This document shows positions 17,790 to 27,561 of a DNA stretch of 40,640 nucleotides, piece by piece. How positions within the stretch are numbered: the stretch's first letter is position 1; each line of letters begins with the position of its first letter. Made by a program: the position numbers and the translations under genes. Location: NCBI GenBank assembly GCA_946183715.1, contig CAMHDB010000001.1:1-40640 (forward strand). Direction: 5' to 3'. The stretch comes from an uncultured Oscillibacter sp. (GTDB lineage Bacteria > Bacillota > Clostridia > Oscillospirales > Oscillospiraceae). The notes under the pieces were generated by a model. The model ran no database searches and was not told where the DNA came from. It worked only from the letters and a program-made list of their open reading frames with translations.

Positions 17790-19154
17790 TTGAATATTAT
17801 CATCGTGGGCGCGGGCAAAATCGGCCTCACCCTCACGCGACAGCTCATCAGTCAGCACCGGATTACCGTCATTGACCAGAACGCGCAACTCATTGACAAC
17901 ATCGTCAACATTTACGACGTTATGGCCGTGTGCGGTAACGGCGCGAGCTACGAAGTACAGACCGAGGCCGAGGCCGCCAAGGCCGATTTGCTTATCGCCA
18001 CGGCCACGAGCGACGAAATCAACATCCTTGCCTGTCTGGTGGCGAAAAAGCTGGGCGTCCGCCACACGATAGCGCGTATCCGGAACCCGGAGTACGAAAA
18101 ACAACTCCGTTTCATGCGCGGGGAACTGGGACTGTCAATGGCAATCAACCCCGAGAAAGTCGCGGCGCGGGAAATCGCCCGGATTCTGCGCTTTCCCGCC
18201 GCCATGAAAATCGAATCATTCTCGAAAGGGCGTCTGGAACTCGTGGAGTACCGCCTGCCGGAACACTCCGCACTCGACGGAATCAGCCTGCTGGAACTCT
18301 ACCGCAGTACGCGTATTCGCGTGTTAGTCTGCGCCGTGGCCCGCAAAGACCAGACCATCATTCCGTCCGGCGACTTCATCCTGAGAACCGGAGACAAAAT
18401 CTACCTGACCTCCCAGCCCGACCAACTGGCGAAATTCTTCCAGCACTTGGGCGTATTCCGCAAGAAGGCCTCCTCCGTGATGATTGTCGGCGCGAGTAAG
18501 ATGTGCTACTATCTGGCGGAAGAGCTTCTCCGCATGGGCATGAGCGTCAAGATAATCGACCAGAGCGAGGCGCGCTGTATGCAAATCAGCGAACTTCTCC
18601 CGAAAGCGCTCGTCATCGTCGGCGACGGCACCGACAACGAACTCCTGCGGGAAGAGGGCCTCTTGGAGACCGACGCCTTTGTGGCGATAACGGGCGTGGA
18701 CGAGGCGAATATCTTAATGTCGATGAGCGCGGCGCGGCAAAGCCGGGGGGCCTGTAAGGTTATCGCGAAAATCAACCGCCGTTCGTTAGTCGAATTGGTC
18801 TCCGAGGAGCATAATATCGACAGCATCATATCGGCGCGGGGCGTGACGGCGGAACTGATTGTACAGTATATACGCGCCATGGAGAGCGCGTCGGGCATGA
18901 CTATCAAGACCTTACACCACCTTGTGGACGGCGCGGTGGAGGCGCTGGAATTTAGTATCCCGCCGGAAGCGCCGCTCGTGGGCGTGCCGCTGAAAGACCT
19001 CAAGATGAAAAGCGGCGTACTGCTGGCGGGAATCGTCCGGGCAAACGGGCAGATTGTCATTCCGTCGGGCGGCGACGCGATTCAGCCCGGCGACGATGTA
19101 ATCGCCGTCACGAGCGGCTTACACCTACAGGAAATCCAAGACCTTTTGAAGTAA
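17790..19154 (+). CDS. trkA: Trk potassium transporter NAD-binding subunit
   Basis: TTG start after GGAGG. IIIVGAGKIG; duplicated RCK_N/RCK_C architecture. Confidence 0.92.
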   Translation: MNIIIVGAGKIGLTLTRQLISQHRITVIDQNAQLIDNIVNIYDVMAVCGNGASYEVQTEAEAAKADLLIATATSDEINILACLVAKKLGVRHTIARIRNPEYEKQLRFMRGELGLSMAINPEKVAAREIARILRFPAAMKIESFSKGRLELVEYRLPEHSALDGISLLELYRSTRIRVLVCAVARKDQTIIPSGDFILRTGDKIYLTSQPDQLAKFFQHLGVFRKKASSVMIVGASKMCYYLAEELLRMGMSVKIIDQSEARCMQISELLPKALVIVGDGTDNELLREEGLLETDAFVAITGVDEANILMSMSAARQSRGACKVIAKINRRSLVELVSEEHNIDSIISARGVTAELIVQYIRAMESASGMTIKTLHHLVDGAVEALEFSIPPEAPLVGVPLKDLKMKSGVLLAGIVRANGQIVIPSGGDAIQPGDDVIAVTSGLHLQEIQDLLK

Positions 19155-19166
19155 GCGAGGCGGAAT

Positions 19167-20630
19167 ATGAATTACCGCATGATAGCCTGTGTAACGTCGC
19201 GAATCCTGCTGGCGGAGGCGTCGCTGATGTCGCTGTCGCTGCTGGCTGCGCTGGCGTACGGCGAAAGCCCGTGGCCGTTCGTCCTGACGATGTTCCTGCT
19301 GGCGCTGTCCGGACTGCCGCTGGGCCTGCGTACCCCGAAAGATACCGCCCTGTACGCCCGCGACGGCTTCGCGGTCGTCGCCTCCGCGTGGGTACTCCTG
19401 TCGGCATTCGGGGCGCTGCCGTTCGTCTTCTCCGGCGACATTCCGAACTTCGTCGACGCCTTCTTTGAAACCGTCTCCGGATTTACAACCACCGGGGCCA
19501 CGATTCTGACGGAAGTCGAACCGCTTCACAGGGGCGTGTTATTCTGGCGGAGCTTCACGCACTGGGTCGGCGGTATGGGCGTGCTCGTCTTCGTCATGGC
19601 CGTACTGCCCATGTCGGACGGCCACGGCATGCACCTCATGCGCGCGGAAGTCCCGGGGCCGTCCGTGGGCAAACTCGTCAGCCGCATGAGCGAGAGCGCC
19701 AAAATACTCTACGGAATCTACACCGCCCTGACTGTAATCGAAATCGTGATTTTACTTCTCGGCGGCATGCCCTTCTTTGATTCCTGCGTCCACGCCTTCG
19801 GGAGCGCCGGGACGGGCGGCTTCAGCAACCGGAATTTAAGCGTGGGGGCCTACAACAACCCTTTTTTCGATGTCGTTATCGGTACGTTTATGCTCCTGTT
19901 CAGTATCAACTTTAACCTGTACTACTACCTGCTCATGCGCCGTTTCGCGGAGGTGTGGAAGTCGGAAACGCTCTGGACCTTTCTGGGAATCGTGGCGCTG
20001 TCGGTACTGGCTATCGCGGGGAATATTACGTCCATGTACGGGTCGTTCTTTACGGCCCTGCGGCACGCCTACTTTCAGGTGGCCTCGATTATTTCCACGT
20101 CCGGCTTTTCGACCGTCGACTTTAACCTCTGGCCCGCCTTTTCCCGCGCGATTCTGACCGTACTCATGTTTATTGGCGCCTGCGCGGGTTCTACGGGCGG
20201 CGGCGTCAAAGTAGACCGCCTGATTATCCTCGTCAAGGCCTCCGTGCGCGACATGCGGAAAATGTTGCACCCCAACGCGGTCGCCTCCGTGCGCTTCGAG
20301 GGAAAGCCCCTCCCCGAACGCAATATTCAGGGCGTGCATACCTATATCGCCGTGTACCTGATGATTTTCGTTGTCTCGTACCTGCTTCTCTCGCTGGAGG
20401 GCTTCGACCTGATTTCGACGTTCACGGCGCTGAGCGCGTGTATCAACAATATCGGACCCGGACTGGAAATGGTAGGCCCTTCGGGCAATTTCGCGGCGTT
20501 CTCGCGGGCGTCGAAACTGCTGTTGTCCTTCGACATGCTCGTCGGGCGGCTGGAAATTTTCCCGATGTTGCTCCTGTTCGCGCCGTCGATGTGGAGACGA
20601 CGCCGCCTGATTCGCCGCAACCCGTTCTGA
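19167..20630 (+). CDS. trkH: Trk potassium uptake membrane protein
   Basis: FFETVSGFTTTG, GTGGF, GSTGGG, NNIGPG, GRLEIFP motifs. Confidence 0.95.
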   Translation: MNYRMIACVTSRILLAEASLMSLSLLAALAYGESPWPFVLTMFLLALSGLPLGLRTPKDTALYARDGFAVVASAWVLLSAFGALPFVFSGDIPNFVDAFFETVSGFTTTGATILTEVEPLHRGVLFWRSFTHWVGGMGVLVFVMAVLPMSDGHGMHLMRAEVPGPSVGKLVSRMSESAKILYGIYTALTVIEIVILLLGGMPFFDSCVHAFGSAGTGGFSNRNLSVGAYNNPFFDVVIGTFMLLFSINFNLYYYLLMRRFAEVWKSETLWTFLGIVALSVLAIAGNITSMYGSFFTALRHAYFQVASIISTSGFSTVDFNLWPAFSRAILTVLMFIGACAGSTGGGVKVDRLIILVKASVRDMRKMLHPNAVASVRFEGKPLPERNIQGVHTYIAVYLMIFVVSYLLLSLEGFDLISTFTALSACINNIGPGLEMVGPSGNFAAFSRASKLLLSFDMLVGRLEIFPMLLLFAPSMWRRRRLIRRNPF

Positions 20631-20700
20631 CGTTCGGCGAAAGAGACAGTTTTCTAATTTGCGCGCCGGATTTTCTGTGCATTCCGACAAACGCCAAGAG

Positions 20701-20729
20701 TTGACTTTCCACGGGGAAAACGATAAAAT
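20701..20729 (+). promoter_or_regulatory. Sigma-A-type promoter upstream of the SLH gene and liv operon
   Basis: TTGACT-N17-TAAAAT. Confidence 0.6.
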
Positions 20730-20818
20730 AAAATCGGTTTTTATAGAATCCGCGGGCTTGTTTTCCCCAAAAGATTACCAAATGCCGGGAAAAATCCATC
20801 TACACAGGAGGGGGTCAT

Positions 20819-21448
20819 ATGCCCAAGAAACTGATTATCGGAATCGTCGCGGGCGTGGTGCTGGCGGCGGGAATCGCCGTCGGCGTATTCTTCTTTCTGC
20901 GGCGGGGCGGCCCCCCGGCATTTCAGGATGTCCCGAAAGACAACTTCTACTTTAAGCCCATCCAGTGGGCCGAACAGAACGGAATCATAAGCGGGATGTA
21001 CGGCGACTTCTTCGCCCCCGACGAGGCCTGTACGCGCGCGCAAGCCATGACGTTCCTCTGGCGCGCGTCCGGCTCCCCGACGCCCTCCGCCGAGTTCCGG
21101 AACCCCTTCCCGGACGTGTCGCCCGATATGTACTACTATGAACCCGTACTCTGGGCGGCGGAGCGCCGGATTACGCGCGGAACCGACGAGGGCGGCTTCT
21201 GGCCCGACGGCCCCATCACCCGCGGACAGGCAATGGTTTTCCTGTACCGGGCGGTCGGTTCTCCGGAAGTCGACGACTCCAAGGAACTCCCGTTTCAGGA
21301 TGTCACGTCCAGCGACTACTACGAGACCGCCGTCCGCTGGGCCGTGCAGGAGAAAATCACGAACGGCCTCGCCGACAACGCCTTTCTCGCCCACGACCCG
21401 TGTACGAGGGCGCAAATGGTGACATTCCTGTACCGCTGTTTCAAATAG
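20819..21448 (+). CDS. SLH-domain protein (three SLH repeats) with N-terminal membrane anchor
   Basis: Hydrophobic N-terminus, then FQDV...WA...G...F.P...TRAQ repeats. Confidence 0.9.
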   Translation: MPKKLIIGIVAGVVLAAGIAVGVFFFLRRGGPPAFQDVPKDNFYFKPIQWAEQNGIISGMYGDFFAPDEACTRAQAMTFLWRASGSPTPSAEFRNPFPDVSPDMYYYEPVLWAAERRITRGTDEGGFWPDGPITRGQAMVFLYRAVGSPEVDDSKELPFQDVTSSDYYETAVRWAVQEKITNGLADNAFLAHDPCTRAQMVTFLYRCFK

Positions 21449-21502
21449 AATACGGCGGGGCGGTTCGCGCCGTCCCGTTGAATTAAGGAGGATGTAAGAA
21501 CG

Positions 21503-22864
21503 ATGAAGAAGAAGTTACTCTGTGTCTTGCTTGCGCTGTCCATGCTGTTCGTACTGGCGGCCTGTAACGGCGGCGGCGCGCCCGAACCCGCCGACGACGG
21601 CACCGATACCGAGGCGAATACCCCCGGCAATTCCGCCGAACCCGCCACCCCGGACGATTCCGCGACCCCCGCGACGCCCGACGATTCCGCCGCGCCCGAG
21701 GACGGGCAGGCCGAGTTGAGCGGCGAGACCACCCCCGAACCCGACACCACCCACGCCCCCACCCCGACGAATAACACGACCCCGGCCCCCGTCGAAGACG
21801 CGTTCAAGCTGGGCGGGACCGGCCCCCTGACCGGCGGCGCGGCCATCTACGGCAACGCCGCCAAGAACGGCGCGCAGATTGCCGTTGACGAAATCAACGC
21901 CTCCGACAGCGCGGTCAAGTTCGAGCTCCGCTACGAGGACGACGCCCACGACGCCGAAAAGGCCGTCAACGCCTACAACTCCCTCAAGGACTGGGGCATG
22001 CAAATCTCTCTGGGCTCCGTGACATCCAAGCCCGCCGAGGCCACGTCCGCCGAATCGTTTGCCGACAGCATTTTCTCCCTGACGCCGTCGGCGTCCTCCC
22101 CCGCCACGATTGCCGGGAAGGACAACGTATTCCAGATGTGCTTCACCGACCCCAATCAGGGCACCGCTTCCGCCGAGTATATCGGCACGCAGAATCTGGG
22201 CAGTAGAATCGCCGTGATTTGGAAGAGCGACGACGTTTACTCCAAGGGTATCCGCGACACGTTCCTTGAAGAGGCCGACGCGCAGGGACTGCAAGTCGTC
22301 AGCGACACCACGTTCTCCGACGGCAACGCCACCGACTTCTCCGTACAGCTCAACGACGCCAAAAACAACGAAGCCGACCTCGTATTCCTCCCGATGTACT
22401 ACGAGCCCGCCTCGCTGATTCTCGCGCAGGCCAGCGCTATGGGCTACGCGCCCAAGTGGTTCGGCGTCGACGGCATGGACGGCATTCTCACCATGCAGGG
22501 CTTTGACGCCTCCCTCGCCGAGGGCGTCATGCTCCTGACCCCGTTCAACGCCGACTCCACCGACGAAAAGACCGCGGCGTTTGTTGCCGAGTACGAGAAG
22601 CGTTTCGGCGAAAAGCCGAACCAGTTCGCCGCCGACGCCTACGACTGCGTCTACGCCTACTGTCAGGCGCTCACCGCCGCCAACGCGACTTCCGACATGG
22701 ACGCCGCCACGATTAACGGCCTCATGAAAGAGCAGTTCACCACCATGACGTTCTACGGCCTGACGGGCACCGAGAGCGGCCTGACGTGGGACGCCTCCGG
22801 CGCGGTATCGAAATCGCCGAAGGGCATGGTCATCACCAACGGCGCTTACGTCGGCATGGACTGA
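21503..22864 (+). CDS. livK: Branched-chain amino acid ABC substrate-binding lipoprotein
   Basis: Lipobox LAAC, P/T/D-rich linker, GPLTGGAAIYG, AADAYD; first gene of the liv operon. Confidence 0.88.
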   Translation: MKKKLLCVLLALSMLFVLAACNGGGAPEPADDGTDTEANTPGNSAEPATPDDSATPATPDDSAAPEDGQAELSGETTPEPDTTHAPTPTNNTTPAPVEDAFKLGGTGPLTGGAAIYGNAAKNGAQIAVDEINASDSAVKFELRYEDDAHDAEKAVNAYNSLKDWGMQISLGSVTSKPAEATSAESFADSIFSLTPSASSPATIAGKDNVFQMCFTDPNQGTASAEYIGTQNLGSRIAVIWKSDDVYSKGIRDTFLEEADAQGLQVVSDTTFSDGNATDFSVQLNDAKNNEADLVFLPMYYEPASLILAQASAMGYAPKWFGVDGMDGILTMQGFDASLAEGVMLLTPFNADSTDEKTAAFVAEYEKRFGEKPNQFAADAYDCVYAYCQALTAANATSDMDAATINGLMKEQFTTMTFYGLTGTESGLTWDASGAVSKSPKGMVITNGAYVGMD

Positions 22865-22878
22865 CATTCCCCCGTAAC

Positions 22879-22902
22879 CGGGACGGCCTCCGGGCCGTCC
22901 CG
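22879..22902 (+). other. Stem-loop after the SBP gene (mRNA stabiliser or partial terminator)
   Basis: cgggacggcc-tccg-ggccgtcccg, followed by a second imperfect hairpin. Confidence 0.55.
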
Positions 22903-22987
22903 CGGCGCATATCGGAGAAAGCATCCCGGCGACGCTTTTTCGGATATGCACCGATTTATCATTTTTGCGTGACAAGAGGTGGTTCGC

Positions 22988-23971
22988 GTGAACTTTATCA
23001 TTCAGTTCGTCAACAGCCTGACTTCCGGCGGCGGGGCGTACCAGTTACTCAACCATATTATTAACGGTATCAGTCTGGGGAGCGTGTACGCCATTATCGC
23101 CTTAGGCTATACGATGGTCTACGGCATTGCGAAAATGCTCAACTTCGCCCACGGCGACGTGATTATGGTCGGGGCCTATATCTGCTTCTACACGTTCGGG
23201 GCCATGAAACTCCCCGGGCCCCTCGCCGTATGCGCCCCCTTACTCGCGATTTGCGCCGCCGTGGTCGTCTGTACGCTTCTGGGCGTGACCATCGAGAAAC
23301 TCGCCTACAAACCCCTCCGCGCCGCGCCTTCCCTCGCCGTTCTGATTACCGCCATCGGCGTCAGCTACTTCCTGCAAAACGCCGCGCTGTTGCTGTGGTC
23401 GTCCAGCCCGAAAGTATTCCCGAGTTTCTTCGTGTTCCGCAGTGTCAACGAGGCCGGGGAGACCGTCACGTTGCGCAGTGTACAGCTCGGCTCCCTGTCG
23501 ATATCCTTCGTGACGATTGTCACCATTGTGACGTGCGTCGTCATCATGCTGTGGCTGACGTGGTTCACGGGCCGCACCAAAATGGGAAAGGCCATGCGGG
23601 CGTGTTCGGAGGACAAGGCCGCCGCGCAGTTAATGGGAATCGACGTGAACGCGACGATTTCCCTGACGTTCGCTATCGGCTCCGGACTGGCCGCCATTGC
23701 CGGGGCGCTGTTGTGCTCGGCCTACCCGAACCTCGTCCCGACTACGGGCTCTATGCCCGGAATCAAAGCCTTCACCGCCGCCGTATTCGGCGGAATCGGC
23801 TCCATCCCGGGCGCGTTCCTCGGCGGACTGCTCCTCGGCGTGCTCGAAATCTTCGCAAAAGCCTATATCTCGGTACAGCTCTCCGACGCGGTCGTGTTCG
23901 CCGTGCTGATAGTCGTGTTACTCGTCAAGCCGACCGGGCTTCTGGGCCGGACTGTCCGCGAAAAAGTGTGA
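22988..23971 (+). CDS. livH: Branched-chain amino acid ABC permease
   Basis: GSVYAIIALGYTMVYG, NFAHG, GKAMRA. GTG at 22988 follows GAGGTG (track start 22979). Confidence 0.93.
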   Translation: MNFIIQFVNSLTSGGGAYQLLNHIINGISLGSVYAIIALGYTMVYGIAKMLNFAHGDVIMVGAYICFYTFGAMKLPGPLAVCAPLLAICAAVVVCTLLGVTIEKLAYKPLRAAPSLAVLITAIGVSYFLQNAALLLWSSSPKVFPSFFVFRSVNEAGETVTLRSVQLGSLSISFVTIVTIVTCVVIMLWLTWFTGRTKMGKAMRACSEDKAAAQLMGIDVNATISLTFAIGSGLAAIAGALLCSAYPNLVPTTGSMPGIKAFTAAVFGGIGSIPGAFLGGLLLGVLEIFAKAYISVQLSDAVVFAVLIVVLLVKPTGLLGRTVREKV

Positions 23972-23980
23972 GGTGACACC

Positions 23981-25045
23981 ATGAGAAAGTCCAGTTCCGC
24001 CCCGTTCCACTTCCTGACGTACTTCCTTGTTATCGGCGCTTACGCCGCCCTGCAAGTCCTGCAGGCGCGCGGCGAACTCAGCGCCACCATGCGCGGAATG
24101 CTCGTGCCGATTTGCGCCTATGTCGTCATGGCCGTGTCGCTGAATCTGACGGTTGGCGTACTCGGCGAACTGTCCCTCGGGCACGCCGGATTCATGAGCG
24201 TGGGCGCGTTCCTCGGCACGTCGACCGCTATCGCCCTACAGGACGCCGTGCCGGTTCCGGGTGTACGCCTCGCCATTGCGCTCGTCGTCGCGGCATTGTG
24301 CGCCGCCGTCGCCGGATTCCTGATTGGTATCCCCGTGCTCCGCCTCAACGGCGACTACCTCGCAATCGTGACCCTCGCCTTCGGCGAAATCATCAAGGCC
24401 ATTTTCAACAACCTCTACTTGGGCGTCGACGCGAAAGGCGTACACGTCAGCCTGTTGGAGGACACCACCAACACCGCCGCCGACGGGCGTCTGATTATTC
24501 AGGGCCCCATGGGAATCGGCGGTATCCAGAAAATTTCGACGTTCACAGCCGGGTTTATCCTGATTCTGATTTCCCTGATTGTGATATTCAACCTCGTGGG
24601 CAGTCGCGCCGGACGCGCCATTATGGCTATCCGCGACAATCCGATTGCCGCGCAGAGCGTCGGCGTGAACCTCATCAAGTACAAAATGATGGCCTTCGTC
24701 GTATCGGCGGCGCTGGCGGGTTCGGCGGGGGCGCTGTTCGCGATGAACTACTCGACCGTCGTCGCGAACAAGTTCGACTTCAACACGTCCATTCTGATAC
24801 TCGTCTTTGTCGTGCTCGGCGGACTTGGGAATATGTTCGGCTCGATAGTCGCCGCCGCCGTCCTGACGATTCTCCCGGAGGCGCTCCGGCCTATCGCCGA
24901 ATACAGAATGTTGCTCTATGCCGTGCTCCTGATAGTCATGATGCTGACGGCGAACCACCCCCTTGTAAAGGCAATCTTCAACCGTTTCCGTCAGACGGGG
25001 CAAATACAGTTGGAGACGGACGACGAGGAAAAGGAGGCGGCGTAA
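23981..25045 (+). CDS. livM: Branched-chain amino acid ABC permease
   Basis: LSLGHAGF, LRLNGDYLAIVTLAFGEI, VVLGGLG. Confidence 0.93.
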   Translation: MRKSSSAPFHFLTYFLVIGAYAALQVLQARGELSATMRGMLVPICAYVVMAVSLNLTVGVLGELSLGHAGFMSVGAFLGTSTAIALQDAVPVPGVRLAIALVVAALCAAVAGFLIGIPVLRLNGDYLAIVTLAFGEIIKAIFNNLYLGVDAKGVHVSLLEDTTNTAADGRLIIQGPMGIGGIQKISTFTAGFILILISLIVIFNLVGSRAGRAIMAIRDNPIAAQSVGVNLIKYKMMAFVVSAALAGSAGALFAMNYSTVVANKFDFNTSILILVFVVLGGLGNMFGSIVAAAVLTILPEALRPIAEYRMLLYAVLLIVMMLTANHPLVKAIFNRFRQTGQIQLETDDEEKEAA

Positions 25046-25867
25046 GTGGCGAAACTGGTACCCGTCCCGTCGGGAAGCATGGTGCCCGACCGGGACATCA
25101 ATAAAAAACCGGTGTTGGAGTGCGTAGACCTCGGGATTTCGTTCGGGGGTCTCCGCGCCGTACAGGATTTCAATATCATCATCGGCCCGACGGAGATTTC
25201 CGGGCTTATCGGCCCGAACGGCGCCGGGAAAACGACGGTATTCAACCTACTGACGAAAGTGTACCAGCCGACGCAGGGGACGATTCTGTTGAACGGCAAG
25301 GACACCCACGGCATGAATACCATGCAGGTCAACCGGGCCGGAATCGCGCGGACGTTCCAGAATATCCGCCTGTTCGACAACCTCTCCGTCGAGGACAACG
25401 TCAAGGTGGCCATGGACGCGAACATGCACTACAGCATGTGGAGCGGGATATTCCGTCTCCCGTCCTACTGGCGCGAGGAGAAGGCCGCGCACGAGAAGGC
25501 CTTGGAGCTGTTGTCGCTGTTCTCTATGGAAAAGCTGGCGCACATTCAGGCGGGGGCGCTCCCCTACGGCGCGCAACGCCGTTTGGAAATCGTGCGCGCG
25601 CTGGCTACGAATCCCTCGTTGCTGTTGCTCGACGAGCCCGCCGCCGGAATGAACCCCTCGGAGACGGCGGAGCTTATGGAGAATATCCGCAAAGTCCGCG
25701 ACACGTTACAAATCGCCGTACTGCTCATCGAACACGACATGAATCTTGTCATGAACATCTGCGAGGGAATCTGCGTGCTGAACTTCGGGCGGATTATCGC
25801 GAAAGGCACCCCGGAGGACATCCAGTCCAACCCGGCGGTCATTGAGGCCTATTTGGGCAAAAAGTAA
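25046..25867 (+). CDS. livG: Branched-chain amino acid ABC ATPase
   Basis: GPNGAGKTT, RTFQNIRLF, LPYG, LLLDEPAAG, EAYLG. Confidence 0.93.
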   Translation: MAKLVPVPSGSMVPDRDINKKPVLECVDLGISFGGLRAVQDFNIIIGPTEISGLIGPNGAGKTTVFNLLTKVYQPTQGTILLNGKDTHGMNTMQVNRAGIARTFQNIRLFDNLSVEDNVKVAMDANMHYSMWSGIFRLPSYWREEKAAHEKALELLSLFSMEKLAHIQAGALPYGAQRRLEIVRALATNPSLLLLDEPAAGMNPSETAELMENIRKVRDTLQIAVLLIEHDMNLVMNICEGICVLNFGRIIAKGTPEDIQSNPAVIEAYLGKK

Positions 25868-25879
25868 GGGGGCGCGGGC

Positions 25880-26065
25880 GTGAAGAACTCCTTTCTTGCC
25901 TTGGAGCTTGCGAATATGAAACTTGCCGTGAACGCGTCCCGACAGCGCTGCCGGGCGGCGGCGGTGAGGGACGACGGGCAAATCGACCCGGAGGAGGCGC
26001 GGATTTTGAAGAAAATCGACGCCGTAACCGACAAATTCCTCAAAGAGCTGAATAAAATCGACTAA
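25880..26065 (+). CDS. Small hypothetical helical protein (61 aa)
   Basis: Fills the gap between livG and livF exactly. Protein-like composition with a DDGQIDPEE motif. Confidence 0.6.
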   Translation: MKNSFLALELANMKLAVNASRQRCRAAAVRDDGQIDPEEARILKKIDAVTDKFLKELNKID

Positions 26066-26077
26066 GGAGGCGCTAGC

Positions 26078-26794
26078 GTGAGTAACGAACCTGTCTTGAA
26101 GGCGGAGGATTTGAACGTTTACTATGGCAGTATCCACGCCATAAAGGGCGTCTCCTTCGAGGTCTACGAGGGCGAAATCGTGACGCTTATCGGGGCCAAC
26201 GGCGCGGGGAAGTCCACGACGCTGAACACGGTCTCGGGGATTCTGCGGAGCCGTACCGGGGCGGTGACGTTCCTCGGGGAGAATCTGCGGCGGGTGCCCT
26301 GTCACAAAATCGTAGAGCGCGGGCTTGCGCTCGTCCCGGAGGGGCGGCGGATTTTCCTGCAAATGACCGTGGAAGAGAATCTCGAAATGGGCGCGTTCAC
26401 ACAGCCCCCGGCGGGCGTGGCGGCGGATTTGGAGCAGGTCTATACGTTGTTCCCGCGCCTGAAAGAGCGCCGGAAGCAAATCGGCGGGACGCTCTCCGGC
26501 GGCGAACAGCAAATGCTTGCAATGGGCCGCGCGCTGATGAGCCACCCGAAATTACTCATGCTCGACGAGCCGTCGATGGGGCTGGCCCCGATTCTCGTCG
26601 AGCAGATATTCCGGATTATCCGGAACCTGCACGGCGCGGGTTCGACGATTCTGCTAGTAGAGCAGAACGCGCAGGCGGCGCTGTCGATTGCCAACCGGGG
26701 CTACGTACTGGAGACGGGGAAAGTCGTCACGACCGGAACCGGGAAGGAACTGCTGGAAAGCCCGGAAATCAAGAAGGCCTATCTCGGCGGATAA
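26078..26794 (+). CDS. livF: Branched-chain amino acid ABC ATPase
   Basis: GANGAGKST, VPEGRRIF, LSGGEQQM, LDEPSMGLAP. Confidence 0.93.
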   Translation: MSNEPVLKAEDLNVYYGSIHAIKGVSFEVYEGEIVTLIGANGAGKSTTLNTVSGILRSRTGAVTFLGENLRRVPCHKIVERGLALVPEGRRIFLQMTVEENLEMGAFTQPPAGVAADLEQVYTLFPRLKERRKQIGGTLSGGEQQMLAMGRALMSHPKLLMLDEPSMGLAPILVEQIFRIIRNLHGAGSTILLVEQNAQAALSIANRGYVLETGKVVTTGTGKELLESPEIKKAYLGG

Positions 26795-26818
26795 GGCGGG
26801 GCATACAAATCGGGAGGG

Positions 26819-27337
26819 GTGCGCGTGGGCGCGGAGGAACGGAGAAAAGCGATACTCGAATCTTTGCGGGCGGCGGACAAACCGCTCAGCGCGTCCAGAC
26901 TTGCGACGCGCTTCCACGTCAGCCGGCAGATTATCGTCGGGGACGTTGCGCTGTTGCGGGCGGGGGGCGCGGACATCTCCGCCACGCCGCGCGGCTACGT
27001 CGTCCGCCAGCCCGCCCCCGGACTGCTCCGGCGCGTCGCATGCCGCCACGGGGCCGACGAAATCGGCGTCGAACTGGACGCCGTGGTCGACCAAGGCTGT
27101 ACGGTGCTGGACGTGATTGTGGAACACCCGCTCTACGGGCAGTTGACGGGCGCGTTGCAGATTGCGAGCCGCTACGACGTGGGGCAGTTCCTGAAGCGCT
27201 GTCGGCACACGGACGCCCACCCGCTCTCGGACCTGACGGGCGGGATACACCTGCACACGCTGTCCTGTCCGGACGAGGCCGCCTACGAGCGCGTGCGGCA
27301 GTCCCTGCGGGACTTGCGCATTTTACTGGAAAACTGA
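26819..27337 (+). CDS. niaR: NiaR/YrxA-type transcription repressor (HTH_11 + 3H domain)
   Basis: VSRQIIVGDVALLR, ATPRGY, VEHPLYG, LTGGIHLH. Confidence 0.88.
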   Translation: MRVGAEERRKAILESLRAADKPLSASRLATRFHVSRQIIVGDVALLRAGGADISATPRGYVVRQPAPGLLRRVACRHGADEIGVELDAVVDQGCTVLDVIVEHPLYGQLTGALQIASRYDVGQFLKRCRHTDAHPLSDLTGGIHLHTLSCPDEAAYERVRQSLRDLRILLEN

Positions 27338-27467
27338 CAGTCCCCCTCCCCGGAGGGGGCTTTCGTGATTTTGACGGATTCCCGCGAAAGAGCGGGAATC
27401 TTTTGTCCTTTTATTCCAAATTCAGGAAAAAGATTTGAACTGCCTGTAAATTTTTGACAGAAATCTA

Positions 27468-27496
27468 TTGCCTAGTCTGGAAAAATATGTTATAGT
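27468..27496 (+). promoter_or_regulatory. Putative sigma-A promoter (extended -10) of the surface-protein cluster
   Basis: TTGCCT-N17-TATAGT with TG just upstream of -10, in an AT-rich intergenic region. Confidence 0.5.
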
Positions 27497-27561
27497 TCGG
27501 AGTGATAAAAGTCCCTTTTTACCCTTTTTGATACTCTGTCCGCGAAAGGAGCTGTGGAACT

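Noticed and set aside
21515-22975. Long antisense ORFs (e.g. 21515-22975, 29126-30466, 30328-31623, 35895-37193, 14278-15528)
   Set aside because: Mirror frames of well-supported genes, typical of high-GC codon bias; no motifs or RBS support.
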